Shown here one piece after another: positions 48,863-58,317 of a stretch of 64,000 nt of DNA (the first letter of the stretch is position 1; each line of letters begins with the position of its first letter). The stretch is from Ignavibacteriota bacterium. Its GTDB lineage: Bacteria; Bacteroidota; Ignavibacteria; UBA10030. Position numbers and translations under genes: made by a program. Location: positions 768,001-832,000 of the forward strand of contig CAVSHO010000009.1 in the NCBI GenBank assembly GCA_963727825.1, read 5' to 3'. The notes under the pieces were generated by a model. It worked only from the letters and a program-made list of their open reading frames with translations, ran no database searches and was not told the DNA's origin.

Positions 48863-49843
48863 ATGGCAAAAATTATTGATGAGATTAGAGCAAAAGCAAA
48901 ACAACTTAAGAAACACATTGTCCTTCCCGACGCAATGGATGAACGCGCAATTCAGGCTGCGCGTATCATTTTAGATGAACAGATCGCAAATATTTCTCTC
49001 ATCGGCAATGAAGAGGCTATTCGTGCCAAAGCACAACAGCTCGGTGTCGGTTTGGAAAAAATACGCATTGTGGATCCTGAAAAATCAGAGAAGTTAACCG
49101 ACTTCACTCATATATTCTTCAATCTTCGCAAGGCGAAAGGAATCCAGTTTGAACAAGCCCAACAAACAATGAAACTTCCACTTTTTTTTGGGGCAATGAT
49201 GGTTCGAGAAGAAATAGCAGATGGAAGTGTTGCCGGATCATTGTCGACCACAAGCGATGTGATTCGTGCAGGAATTCAAATTGTTGGAATGCCTGAAGGG
49301 ATTGCAGTTGCATCGAGTTTCTTCTTGATGGTTTTCCCGCATATAAGTTATTCATATGCCGACTGCGGAGTAGTACCGGATCCAACAGCAGAACAACTTG
49401 CGGATATCGCAATTTCTACAGCGGCAAATCATCGCAAATTAACAGGTGAAGAACCGCGTGTTGCGATGCTTTCATTCTCAACAAGGGGAAGTGCTTCACA
49501 TCCTTCCGTAGAAAAAGTGCAGAAGGCAACGTCAATCGCAAAAATGAAAAAGCCTGATCTTATTATCGATGGAGAATTGCAGTTTGATGCTGCCATTGTT
49601 CCTTCTGTTAGTGCAAAGAAAGCTCCGGGTAGTCCTATCGGGGGCACTGCTAATGTTTTTATATTTCCAAATTTAGATGCAGGAAATATTGGTTACAAAC
49701 TGACACAACGATTAGCCGGGGCAGAGGCATTCGGACCAATTATTCAGGGGTTAAAGAGACCATGCTACGATTTGTCGCGAGGATGCAGCGTCAGCGACAT
49801 CGTAACTATGGTCGCGATTAACTCTGTAGCGGGAGCTGTCTAA
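48863..49843 (+). CDS. pta: Phosphate acetyltransferase
   Basis: LSFSTRGS, DGELQFDAA, FPNLDAGNIGYK and DLSRGC motifs. Confidence 0.95.
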   Translation: MAKIIDEIRAKAKQLKKHIVLPDAMDERAIQAARIILDEQIANISLIGNEEAIRAKAQQLGVGLEKIRIVDPEKSEKLTDFTHIFFNLRKAKGIQFEQAQQTMKLPLFFGAMMVREEIADGSVAGSLSTTSDVIRAGIQIVGMPEGIAVASSFFLMVFPHISYSYADCGVVPDPTAEQLADIAISTAANHRKLTGEEPRVAMLSFSTRGSASHPSVEKVQKATSIAKMKKPDLIIDGELQFDAAIVPSVSAKKAPGSPIGGTANVFIFPNLDAGNIGYKLTQRLAGAEAFGPIIQGLKRPCYDLSRGCSVSDIVTMVAINSVAGAV

Positions 49844-49985
49844 CAAACACAATTCTAATAGCAGGGTGCACACCTCGTTATATCTGGAGTTAAGACAAGG
49901 GGCGGAAGAAATTTTCAATTTGTACCGAGGAATTATCGTGCACTTTACGCTTGCGGGAGATGCGCAGAGTGTTAGATTTGAACAA

Positions 49986-51014
49986 TTATTCTTTTGTTCT
50001 TGCAAGATGTCCTTCTTGCAATATCAAGCGTAATGAAATTCGGTGTGTATTCCCAAGGTCATTTGCTTCGTCAAATTGAGCAAAAGCATAATCGATATCT
50101 ATCTTGCGCAGATGAATTCCAGCGCCGAGTGTCATTTGCTTTATATCGTTGTACCCAATGCGAAGTGCGATAGCTTTTTTGTAATCAAATTCAAGCCCCA
50201 TATGCGGATCAAAACTAACAGGTCCAAGGTGGGCAATAGAAGCGAACTGACGATTCTCGAATCGAACATCTATATCCACCGTTGGTGCAAATCTGCCGCT
50301 AAAAAGATCAATAAAGTATGCGGTTCCTAGTTTTAAGGTGGGCGAGATTAATTCGTTGGTCCCCGTGGACCACGCCACTAATGTTGTGGTAATATCTTGT
50401 GCGTTTACCGCAACGTACCAATTATCCATCGGAGAATAAAGCATCCCAATATCAAAGCCGATGCCTGTCGCCGAATACTCTGCTATTGTTTCTCGGATTA
50501 TCTTCAAATTAATTCCATACATCAAGCTGCTCTCAGAGCGATGAGCATAAGAAAAATATATTGCCCAATCTGCTGAGTTAAAATACGTAACCTTACTTTC
50601 ATCTATTCTTACTGCATTTGCATATTGATCACGTGGTACTGGATTTCCATTTGCATCAACCCCGGCATCTCTTGTGTCTGGAATACCATCTACACCAAGA
50701 CGCATTACACTCACGCCAAATGTTGCATTTGTACTATAAGGAACTGCCACTGCTCCAAAATCATAGTTCTCCAAACTGCCGAACCGTTCATCGTGCATAA
50801 GTGTCGCCTCTGGATAATCTATACGTGCAAGCGCTGCCGGATTCCAATAACCTGCCGATGCATCATTAGCAAGCGCTGCATAAGCACCGCCTAGTCCTAA
50901 TGCACGACCGCCAACACCAATGGAGAGAAATTCACCTGCGTATTTTGCAATTTGCTGAGATAATGCGAGCTGTCCAACAAGCATTACGAGTAGGATGACT
51001 TTCAAAATCTTCAT
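49986..51014 (-). CDS. PorV/PorQ-family outer membrane beta-barrel (type IX secretion)
   Basis: Signal peptide, FLSIGVGGRALGLGGA...YWNPA and LGNTHRISL motifs. Confidence 0.85.
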   Translation of the reverse strand: MKILKVILLVMLVGQLALSQQIAKYAGEFLSIGVGGRALGLGGAYAALANDASAGYWNPAALARIDYPEATLMHDERFGSLENYDFGAVAVPYSTNATFGVSVMRLGVDGIPDTRDAGVDANGNPVPRDQYANAVRIDESKVTYFNSADWAIYFSYAHRSESSLMYGINLKIIRETIAEYSATGIGFDIGMLYSPMDNWYVAVNAQDITTTLVAWSTGTNELISPTLKLGTAYFIDLFSGRFAPTVDIDVRFENRQFASIAHLGPVSFDPHMGLEFDYKKAIALRIGYNDIKQMTLGAGIHLRKIDIDYAFAQFDEANDLGNTHRISLRLILQEGHLARTKE

Positions 51015-51028
51015 GTTCCACCTAAGAT

Positions 51029-51056
51029 AAAAAAACCCGACAATGTGCGTCGGGGT
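51029..51056 (-). terminator. Intrinsic terminator immediately upstream of the PorV-family gene
   Basis: CCCGAC-gcacatt-GTCGGG followed by T7 on the minus strand. Confidence 0.75.
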
Positions 51057-51183
51057 CTGATGACCGAACTTTCTCTAATCGCGTGGTTCGGTCGATGACA
51101 AAGTTCGAGACAATTTACGATGCACAAAAACAGCACAGTACAACTCTCTCACAATTGTCTATACGCGGTATTCCTTTCGTTCT
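51029..51183 (-). ncRNA. Candidate structured leader or small RNA, family unknown
   Basis: Lies between a promoter and a terminator; stems AGACAATT/AATTGTCT and GACCGAAC/GTTCGGTC, with alternative pairing CGAACTTT/AAAGTTCG. Confidence 0.45.
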
Positions 51184-51188
51184 GTAAT

Positions 51189-51217
51189 AAGGTAGAAGAT
51201 TCTATGAAAAGAATCAA
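51189..51217 (-). promoter_or_regulatory. Sigma70-type promoter just after the dnaX stop
   Basis: TTGATT-17 nt-TACCTT. Confidence 0.5.
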
Positions 51218-51218
51218 G

Positions 51219-53003
51219 TTACTCAACGCGCTCTGCTCCTAATTCGCGTTTGAGTAAAGTGAGAATTGGATGTTCTTTTGCTTGTGTGGAATTTTGTTCA
51301 ATTTCTATACCGGAGTTCTTTATATTTGATAATGATGGTGCTGTTGTGTAGACCGCTTTTACTGGTATATCTGTGTCAAAATGGAGAACCGGTTCTATGG
51401 CGACACGTTTTCCTACCACTTGATGGAGAGTACTCGACAGAAAATCTCTATTCCGTTTAAGTGTCGAAAAATGATAATCGTCTGGACAAGAAATGCGCAC
51501 CACGCCGTTGTGGACATCAAGAATACTTGTTTCCGTTAATGATGTCCCGACGGCAATATGCGATTTTGAAACATTGTTAACGAAGGCTGGCCAATGTTTC
51601 GTTATCTCATCTACAGATGCCGATTGAATCATTGCCGGTGGTTCGGAAACTTGTTGAGCCGTTTGCTGAAATTCGGTCAGCTTTGATGTCTCTGTAAGTT
51701 TTGTAAGATCTGTGCCGATGAGAGATGAATAGCTGATCGCAGATTTACTTTTCAAATATCCAGCACCAACCTCGCCTACGACTTTAAGATTGGAAGATGG
51801 AGATGTGTTATGTTGAGAAAAATCTGGGGAAGACTGCGATAAATTGATGCTGCTATTACCGTTCACTTTTTTTTTGAGCATATCAATTTGTTGGAGCAAT
51901 TCTCCGATCTGCACAGAGCTTTCCATTTTTGCCATCTGGATTAGCCCTGCTTCAAGCCGATACCGTGGCTGTGCTGCCCACCGAAGCGCTTGATCTAATT
52001 CGTTCGTTTGCTTGATGTAACGCAACAAGTCTTGCTCTGTGAATTGATTCGCTTCCTTTTCATATCGTTTCTTATAACTTTCCGATACCTCGATGAGCTG
52101 CGTAGATTCGGTTGATCGCACGATCAGTAAATTGCGAAGATGTTCTGATAACCCGCTGACAAACTCGCGTAAGTCATAACAGCTTTTTATAATTTCATCA
52201 ACTAATTGTATGGCACAGTGTGTGTCGTGGCTTTTTAGAAAATCGGATACACGAAAATAAATTTCTTGATTGACAACGTTGAACGCTTTCAGTAATTCCA
52301 CGGTCTTGATTTCGTTGCCGCAGAACGAACGCACTTGGTCAAATATGCTCTGTGCATCCCGAAGAGATCCATCGGCGCGTTTGGCGATTACCATCAAAGC
52401 GTCATTTTCAATAACGATGTTTTCAACTTTTGATATTGTTGTAAGTGTATTAATAATTTCTTCGATGGCAATACGCCGGAAATCGAACCGTTGACATCGA
52501 GAAAGAATCGTCATTGGTACTTTATGCACTTCTGTCGTTGCAAATATAAATACGACATGTGTTGGCGGTTCTTCAAGTGTTTTAAGAAGTGCGTTGAATG
52601 CTTCCTTTGTCAGCATATGCACTTCATCGATGATGTAGATTTTATATTTGCCACGCGTTGGTGTGTACCGGACAGAATCACGCAAGTTTCGGATTTCTTC
52701 CACTCCGCGGTTAGATGCGCCGTCAATCTCAATAACATCAAGTCCGCGTCCCTCAATTATTTCCTTGCACACTTCACAAGTATTATCCGGATTCTGATTG
52801 ACAGAAGAAAGACAGTTAAGCGCTCGGGCAAGAATACGCGCTGTTGTTGTTTTGCCGCATCCACGCGTACCGCTAAAAATATACGCATGAGCAACAAGAT
52901 TATGCGCAATTGCATTGCGAAGAGTATTTGTTACATGGCTCTGACCGACGACATCGTCAAAGATCATCGGCCGCCATTTACGCGCTGTTACTTGATAGTC
53001 CAT
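51219..53003 (-). CDS. dnaX: DNA polymerase III subunits gamma/tau
   Basis: ARKWRP, GTRGCGKTT, IDGASN, IIDEVHML and SRCQ motifs. Confidence 0.97.
   Translation of the reverse strand: MDYQVTARKWRPMIFDDVVGQSHVTNTLRNAIAHNLVAHAYIFSGTRGCGKTTTARILARALNCLSSVNQNPDNTCEVCKEIIEGRGLDVIEIDGASNRGVEEIRNLRDSVRYTPTRGKYKIYIIDEVHMLTKEAFNALLKTLEEPPTHVVFIFATTEVHKVPMTILSRCQRFDFRRIAIEEIINTLTTISKVENIVIENDALMVIAKRADGSLRDAQSIFDQVRSFCGNEIKTVELLKAFNVVNQEIYFRVSDFLKSHDTHCAIQLVDEIIKSCYDLREFVSGLSEHLRNLLIVRSTESTQLIEVSESYKKRYEKEANQFTEQDLLRYIKQTNELDQALRWAAQPRYRLEAGLIQMAKMESSVQIGELLQQIDMLKKKVNGNSSINLSQSSPDFSQHNTSPSSNLKVVGEVGAGYLKSKSAISYSSLIGTDLTKLTETSKLTEFQQTAQQVSEPPAMIQSASVDEITKHWPAFVNNVSKSHIAVGTSLTETSILDVHNGVVRISCPDDYHFSTLKRNRDFLSSTLHQVVGKRVAIEPVLHFDTDIPVKAVYTTAPSLSNIKNSGIEIEQNSTQAKEHPILTLLKRELGAERVE
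51856..51875 (-). other. Putative slippage/frameshift site (A9) producing the gamma subunit
   Basis: CTC AAA AAA AAA GTG AAC GGT AA at codons 377-379; both shifted frames stop within four codons. Confidence 0.6.
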
Positions 53004-53033
53004 TCCATCTCAAGATAGAAAATTATTTATGGA

Positions 53034-53110
53034 AGAATACAGAAATCAGAATCCAGAATCCAGTAGTTTTTCTTGTTTATTTTCTTTCTTCTATTCCGCT
53101 TCCGAATTCT
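53034..53110. repeat. Heptamer tandem repeats in the lon-dnaX spacer
   Basis: AGAATAC AGAAATC AGAATCC AGAATCC followed by loosely complementary TTCT/TTCC units. Confidence 0.55.
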
Positions 53111-53138
53111 TTAATGTCTTTTAACTTTTTGCAGAATT

Positions 53139-55544
53139 CTAATCTTTTTTGGTGATATTTCTTTTACTTGAGAACACATATTTCATCGCTTCTTTAATTG
53201 TCTCGATCGGAACAATTGCCAACCCTTCTTTTACTTTGTCCGGAATTTCCGCGAGGTCTTTCACATTCTCCCGTGGTATCAATACTGTCTTAATACCGCT
53301 CCGTTGCGCCGCAAGAAGTTTTTCATTCAATCCGCCAATAGGGAGAACGTTACCGCGCAATGTAATCTCGCCTGTCATTGCTACATCGTTGCAGGCTGGC
53401 CGGTTGCTCGCCGCGGATATAATTGCCATTGCCATTGTCACCCCAGCAGATGGACCATCCTTAGGAATCGCGCCTTCGGGTAGATGGATATGGATTTCGC
53501 GATTCTTGTTGAATTCCGGATTTACACCTAACTTCCTTGCATTCGAACGAATATAGCTCAACGCCGCTTGTGCCGATTCCTTCATAACATCGCCTAGTTG
53601 TCCAGTTAGTGTCAGGCGCTCTGTGCCGCGCATAATTGTTGCATCAACATTGAGAATTTCACCGCCGACGCTTGTCCATGCTAATCCTGTGACAGAACCA
53701 ATCCGCGGCTGTGATTCGACTGGTTTTGTGCGAAACTTCGGAACACCAATATATTTTTCCACGTTTTTTGGCGTTACTTGAATATCTGTTTTCTTTTGTT
53801 TCTTTTCTGGTTTTCCATTCGTTTGTTTGGCAAGTACTATTTCTTTTGCCACTTTGCGGCAAATAGATGCAATTTCACGCTCAAGATTTCTCACGCCAGC
53901 TTCACGTGTATATTCTTGAATAATTTTTATAATCGCCGCATCGTCGAAATGAACTTCATCAGTTTTTAATCCATGCGCTTTAAGTTGTTTACCTACAATA
54001 TGGCGCTTTGCAATTTCTTTTTTCTCGTATTCAAGATATCCCGGTAATTCAATAATTTCCATACGATCCTGAAGCGGGGGCGGAATAGCGAAGCGAACGT
54101 TTGCTGTTGTGATAAACATAACTTTCGATAAGTCGTAATCAACTTCAATATAATGGTCATTAAATGCAACGTTCTGTTCTGGATCAAGCACCTCTAAAAG
54201 TGCCGCTGATGGATCACCCCGAAAATCCATGCTCATTTTATCTACTTCATCCATTAACAGCACCGGATTGACAACACCGGCTCGCTTCATTGATTGAATA
54301 ATTTTACCGGGCATTGAACCAATGTACGTACGCCTGTGACCTCGAATTTCTGCTTCATCCCGGATACCGCCAAGTGAAATTCGCACAAACTTTCTACCCA
54401 GTGCACGCGCGATTGATTTCGCCAACGATGTTTTTCCAACGCCCGGCGGACCGACAAAGCAAAGAATTTGCCCGCGCATTTCTTTCACCAAATTCAGCAC
54501 TGCTATATTCTCAAGAATCCTTTCCTTGGGTTTGTCTAATCCATAATGATCGGCATCAAGAATTTCTTTCACATGCGAGATCATCAAATCGTCTTTCGTT
54601 CTCTTATACCACGGTACTGCAATAAGCCATTCCAGATAATTACGCGTAACACCAAATTCAGGCGACATTGGCGAAGTTTTCTTCAGCTTATTAAATTCCT
54701 CGAACGCCTTTTCTTTTGCTTCTTTAGGCATCTTCGCAGCAAGCAATTGTTCTTTCAGCTTAACCATTTCTGGTGAAGCTTCATCGTCGCCAAGCTCATC
54801 CTGAAGAATTCTGATTTGTTCCTGTATGAAGAATTTTCGCTGTGATTTCTGAATGTTATCTTGCACTTTTGTGTCGATGTCACGCTCAATTTTCAGAATA
54901 TCTACCTCTGTACCGAGGATTTTTGAAAGTTCGTACAGTTGATCACGAAGCGTAGATATCTGCAAAATGCGTTGTTTCACTTCTACGCTTTGAATAATAT
55001 TAGAGGCAATGTAATACATTTTCCGCTGTGGCTCTTTGATGCCGTCGTAGGCCATAATCACTTCCGGCGGAATGTTGCGGTTGAGCCGGACGTATTCCGC
55101 AAACAGTGTAGTCGCATGCCGCACAAGTGCTTCAATTTCACGTCCAGACGGTGGATCAATGCGGTTAACAATAATTTCTGCTTCAAGAAAATTGGAATTA
55201 TTAATGAATTTTTTAATGTTCGCTTGTGCAATTCCGTCAACCAGTATTTTCATCAAGCCGTTTGGCAATTTTAACATTTGAAGAATTTTTGCCACCGTGC
55301 CTTCTCGATAAATATCTTCTTCTGTGGGTTCGTCAATTGATGAATTTTTCTGTGCAACAAGTAAAATATTCTTACCTCGAGCTAAAGACTCATTTGCGGC
55401 ACGAAGTGAAGATTCCCTTCCGACGAGCACAGGAAAAATCATATACGGAAACAAGACCACATCTCTAAGGGGCAAAACAGGCAAGATATTGGGAATATGA
55501 TCTAATGTTTCAATATTTAGATTGGGATTAGCGGTATTGTTCAT
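53139..55544 (-). CDS. lon: ATP-dependent protease La
   Basis: LPLRD, GPPGVGKTS and PKDGPSAG motifs. Confidence 0.98.
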   Translation of the reverse strand: MNNTANPNLNIETLDHIPNILPVLPLRDVVLFPYMIFPVLVGRESSLRAANESLARGKNILLVAQKNSSIDEPTEEDIYREGTVAKILQMLKLPNGLMKILVDGIAQANIKKFINNSNFLEAEIIVNRIDPPSGREIEALVRHATTLFAEYVRLNRNIPPEVIMAYDGIKEPQRKMYYIASNIIQSVEVKQRILQISTLRDQLYELSKILGTEVDILKIERDIDTKVQDNIQKSQRKFFIQEQIRILQDELGDDEASPEMVKLKEQLLAAKMPKEAKEKAFEEFNKLKKTSPMSPEFGVTRNYLEWLIAVPWYKRTKDDLMISHVKEILDADHYGLDKPKERILENIAVLNLVKEMRGQILCFVGPPGVGKTSLAKSIARALGRKFVRISLGGIRDEAEIRGHRRTYIGSMPGKIIQSMKRAGVVNPVLLMDEVDKMSMDFRGDPSAALLEVLDPEQNVAFNDHYIEVDYDLSKVMFITTANVRFAIPPPLQDRMEIIELPGYLEYEKKEIAKRHIVGKQLKAHGLKTDEVHFDDAAIIKIIQEYTREAGVRNLEREIASICRKVAKEIVLAKQTNGKPEKKQKKTDIQVTPKNVEKYIGVPKFRTKPVESQPRIGSVTGLAWTSVGGEILNVDATIMRGTERLTLTGQLGDVMKESAQAALSYIRSNARKLGVNPEFNKNREIHIHLPEGAIPKDGPSAGVTMAMAIISAASNRPACNDVAMTGEITLRGNVLPIGGLNEKLLAAQRSGIKTVLIPRENVKDLAEIPDKVKEGLAIVPIETIKEAMKYVFSSKRNITKKD

Positions 55545-55567
55545 AGGATTGATTTAATTTTAGCTAT

Positions 55568-55610
55568 AAAAACAAAAAGTGGGCACATCCGCTTGTTGCG
55601 GATACACCCA
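55568..55610 (-). terminator. Terminator-like hairpin in the lon 5' leader
   Basis: TGGGTGTATCCGC-aacaa-GCGGATGTGCCCA then CTTTTTGTTTTT. Confidence 0.6.
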
Positions 55611-55626
55611 ATTGTTTCACTGGTTA

Positions 55627-55655
55627 AATATACCGAGGAATGGCGGGAGAGTCAA
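55627..55655 (-). promoter_or_regulatory. Promoter for lon
   Basis: TTGACT-17 nt-TATATT. Confidence 0.7.
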
Positions 55656-55832
55656 GGAACGAAAAAACAGATATACTGCAGACAATAAATAGACAGAAAA
55701 ACCACAAATAGAATTATTCGATCATAGAATAAATAAGGTGATCAGCGCTAAAAATACCGGGGGTTATCAAAACGAATGCTCCTTTTGTTATGGCGTTTTT
55801 TACATGTGTTTATATTTCAAATTCAAAATAAT

Positions 55833-56543
55833 TTATACTAAGCTCTTATTTAGGAAGCGTACAAGTGGCGCTGCCTCTTCGCAGATGGTTGCAACCTCGC
55901 CGACCAGTGATTCACTGCAATATTTTAACTCAGGCAATGATACACCAACAAAGAATTGTTTGAATTTCAGCCAATCAGCCATCGGATGGTTTTCATCATA
56001 TCCTTTCGGAATACGCTGAAGCTTTGACCATTCGAATGGTGAAAAACGATTTTGAAATCTACGGTTTTCAACTATTGAAAGAAAATCTTCGCCGTGATCG
56101 CCAATTGCTTTACGTATCTTCTTAAGTTGATCATTATTCGGTATATAGATCCCTCCGCCAACAAAAAATTCACCCGGTTCAATTTGGATATAATAACCCG
56201 AACCGATAAACCCTTTTGGCATTCCTCTCAATACAAAATGCGCGGCAATATGTGTTTTATATGGAGTTTTGTCTGAACTAAATCTAATGTCGCGGTAAAT
56301 TCGGAAGATTGATCGTTTCGGATTAAGATCAAACTCCGGGGCAAATTGAGTGAAGTGCGGTTGTAGTGCTGCAATAAATGAAAGCATGGGGGTTTTAGCG
56401 TTTTGTTCAAACTCTTCTTTATGCTTTTCAAACCACTCACGATTGTTGTTTTGTTTGAGCTGTTTTAAAAACTTGATACATTCTTTTGGAAATCCTTCGA
56501 AAGGTGGATAGAGATCCAAATCCATTAAGGGAATTTTAGACAT
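55833..56543 (-). CDS. DUF2461 family protein
   Basis: NNNREWF and FRIYRDIRFSSDKTPYK motifs. Confidence 0.9.
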   Translation of the reverse strand: MSKIPLMDLDLYPPFEGFPKECIKFLKQLKQNNNREWFEKHKEEFEQNAKTPMLSFIAALQPHFTQFAPEFDLNPKRSIFRIYRDIRFSSDKTPYKTHIAAHFVLRGMPKGFIGSGYYIQIEPGEFFVGGGIYIPNNDQLKKIRKAIGDHGEDFLSIVENRRFQNRFSPFEWSKLQRIPKGYDENHPMADWLKFKQFFVGVSLPELKYCSESLVGEVATICEEAAPLVRFLNKSLV

Positions 56544-56575
56544 GATATCCTTCTCCTATATAATAAAACGCGAAA

Positions 56576-57520
56576 TTATTTTCCTTCGATCGCGGCTCGA
56601 ACAAATCCATTTGATTTTATCAATCTTTGTCGCGCTTCCTCCTGCGAGACATTTGCTTTGATCATTACAAGAGCAATTTTTACTTGGAATTTTGATTTTG
56701 TTAAATAATTTGTTGCTTCGTCGTACGAAACACCCGTAATCATCATAACAATGCGTTTTGCTCGCTCTCGTAGTTTTAGATTCGTCATTTTAAGATCGAT
56801 CATCATATTCTGGTACACTTTTCCCAGGTGAATCATTGCTGCTGTTGTTATCATATTTAGGACAAGTTTCTGCGCTGTTCCAGATTTCATTCTTGTTGAA
56901 CCCATAATAATTTCAGGACCGACCTCCGGACAAATAGCAATGTCGATTACAGAAGCAATATCAGAAAATTCTGGTAAATAAAAACTGGAACGTGGATTTG
57001 TTGTTACATATAATGTGTGTGCCCCAAGTTGCTTTGCTCGTTTTATCGCCCCTACAACATAAGGCGTGCGGAGACTTGCGGCAATTCCGCACACTATATC
57101 ACTCTTATTAATATTTTTATTGTCGATATCTCGCGCACCTTTTTCTTCATAATCCTCTGCACCTTCTTGAGCGCGGAACATTGCTTTCTCTCCGCCGGCA
57201 ATTAATCCTTGAATCATTTCAGGATCTACTCCAAAAGTTGGCGGGCATTCTACAGCATCTAGAATTCCTAATCTTCCGCTTGTTCCGGCTCCAACATATA
57301 TAAGGCGTCCATTATTCCGAAATGCATCAACTACAAGTTCAACAGCTTTCTTGATATGGGGTATTTGCGTTTCAACCGCTAACGCGACTTTCTTGTCTTC
57401 ATTATTGACAAGAACAAGAATCTCTTCGGTTGAGCGAGAATCAATATCCATACTCGCAGGGTTTCTTTGTTCGGTCATTAATTGTTGAAGCTGATCAAAA
57501 AGCGCTTTCTCTTTAGACAA
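56576..57520 (-). CDS. murQ: N-acetylmuramic acid 6-phosphate etherase
   Basis: TEQRNP, GAGTSGRLG.LDA.ECPPTF and GSTRMKSGTAQK motifs. Confidence 0.96.
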   Translation of the reverse strand: MSKEKALFDQLQQLMTEQRNPASMDIDSRSTEEILVLVNNEDKKVALAVETQIPHIKKAVELVVDAFRNNGRLIYVGAGTSGRLGILDAVECPPTFGVDPEMIQGLIAGGEKAMFRAQEGAEDYEEKGARDIDNKNINKSDIVCGIAASLRTPYVVGAIKRAKQLGAHTLYVTTNPRSSFYLPEFSDIASVIDIAICPEVGPEIIMGSTRMKSGTAQKLVLNMITTAAMIHLGKVYQNMMIDLKMTNLKLRERAKRIVMMITGVSYDEATNYLTKSKFQVKIALVMIKANVSQEEARQRLIKSNGFVRAAIEGK

Positions 57521-57547
57521 TTTCGTGTCTTTCTAATGAATGATGAT

Positions 57548-58270
57548 TTAAATATGGACTATTAATATCTTTTTGTCAGAAGCAATAAGATGTTCCGATC
57601 CGATAAATGCAAGATTAACCGAATTGATGCTCACTCGAGGATAGCGCCGCTTTGCCAGGCCAATTTCCTGTGTCAAGTCGCCGCCTTTGAATGCAATAAG
57701 TGCGGGAGGATTGGGTTCTATAGGGCCATCACACACTATATTTTCAAACGAATAAGCATAATTCTCTTCTTTAAGGAAATTTATTGACATAGAAATTAGC
57801 TCGTTTAATTGGCAAACTGCTCTTGCGACCGCAAAATCAAATTTGTGCAAATGTTCGGCTTGCTTCCCAATTTCTTCCGCTCTACCCCAAACTACTTTTA
57901 TATTTTTAATCTTCAAATCCTCAATCATTTCCATAACGGCATTTGCTTTTTTTCTCGTTGCATCAATACAAAGTAAAGAAATATCTGGGCGCAAAATCTT
58001 TAACGGAATCCCCGGCAATCCGCCACCAGTGCCAATGTCAACAATTCTGCATCCTTCCATCAATTTTACTCTAAACAACAATGATACACTGTGAAGTATG
58101 TGGTAATTCCAAATATTTTCTTCGTCTTTTCTAGAAATCAAGTTGATTTTCTTGTTCCAATTTAGAAGCAAATCAACGTATTGATCTAATTGCTCTACCT
58201 GTAAATCCGTTAGCACTAACCCATTTTTAACACATAACGAACTAAACCATAATTTCTTTTCGGGATGCAC
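57548..58270 (-). CDS. rsmG: 16S rRNA m7G527 methyltransferase
   Basis: WNKKINL, DIGTGGGLPGIPL, RAE and ARA motifs. Confidence 0.95.
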   Translation of the reverse strand: MHPEKKLWFSSLCVKNGLVLTDLQVEQLDQYVDLLLNWNKKINLISRKDEENIWNYHILHSVSLLFRVKLMEGCRIVDIGTGGGLPGIPLKILRPDISLLCIDATRKKANAVMEMIEDLKIKNIKVVWGRAEEIGKQAEHLHKFDFAVARAVCQLNELISMSINFLKEENYAYSFENIVCDGPIEPNPPALIAFKGGDLTQEIGLAKRRYPRVSINSVNLAFIGSEHLIASDKKILIVHI

Positions 58271-58295
58271 TATTCTTTACTCCGACATTGCTTAT

Positions 58296-58311
58296 TGTTC
58301 CACGTGAAAAA
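58296..58311. promoter_or_regulatory. parS site
   Basis: TGTTCCACGTGAAAAA, one mismatch to TGTTNCACGTGAAACA, in the mnmG-rsmG spacer. Confidence 0.75.
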
Positions 58312-58317
58312 AGCAGA

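Noticed and set aside
51057-51100. Hammerhead ribozyme (CTGATGA followed by a stem) on the + strand
   Set aside because: The required GAAA after stem II is missing.
51029-51183. T-box reading of the porV leader (AGAGAG, GCTG, GAACCACG)
   Set aside because: The TGGNACC antiterminator bulge is not intact and the downstream gene is unrelated to amino-acid metabolism.
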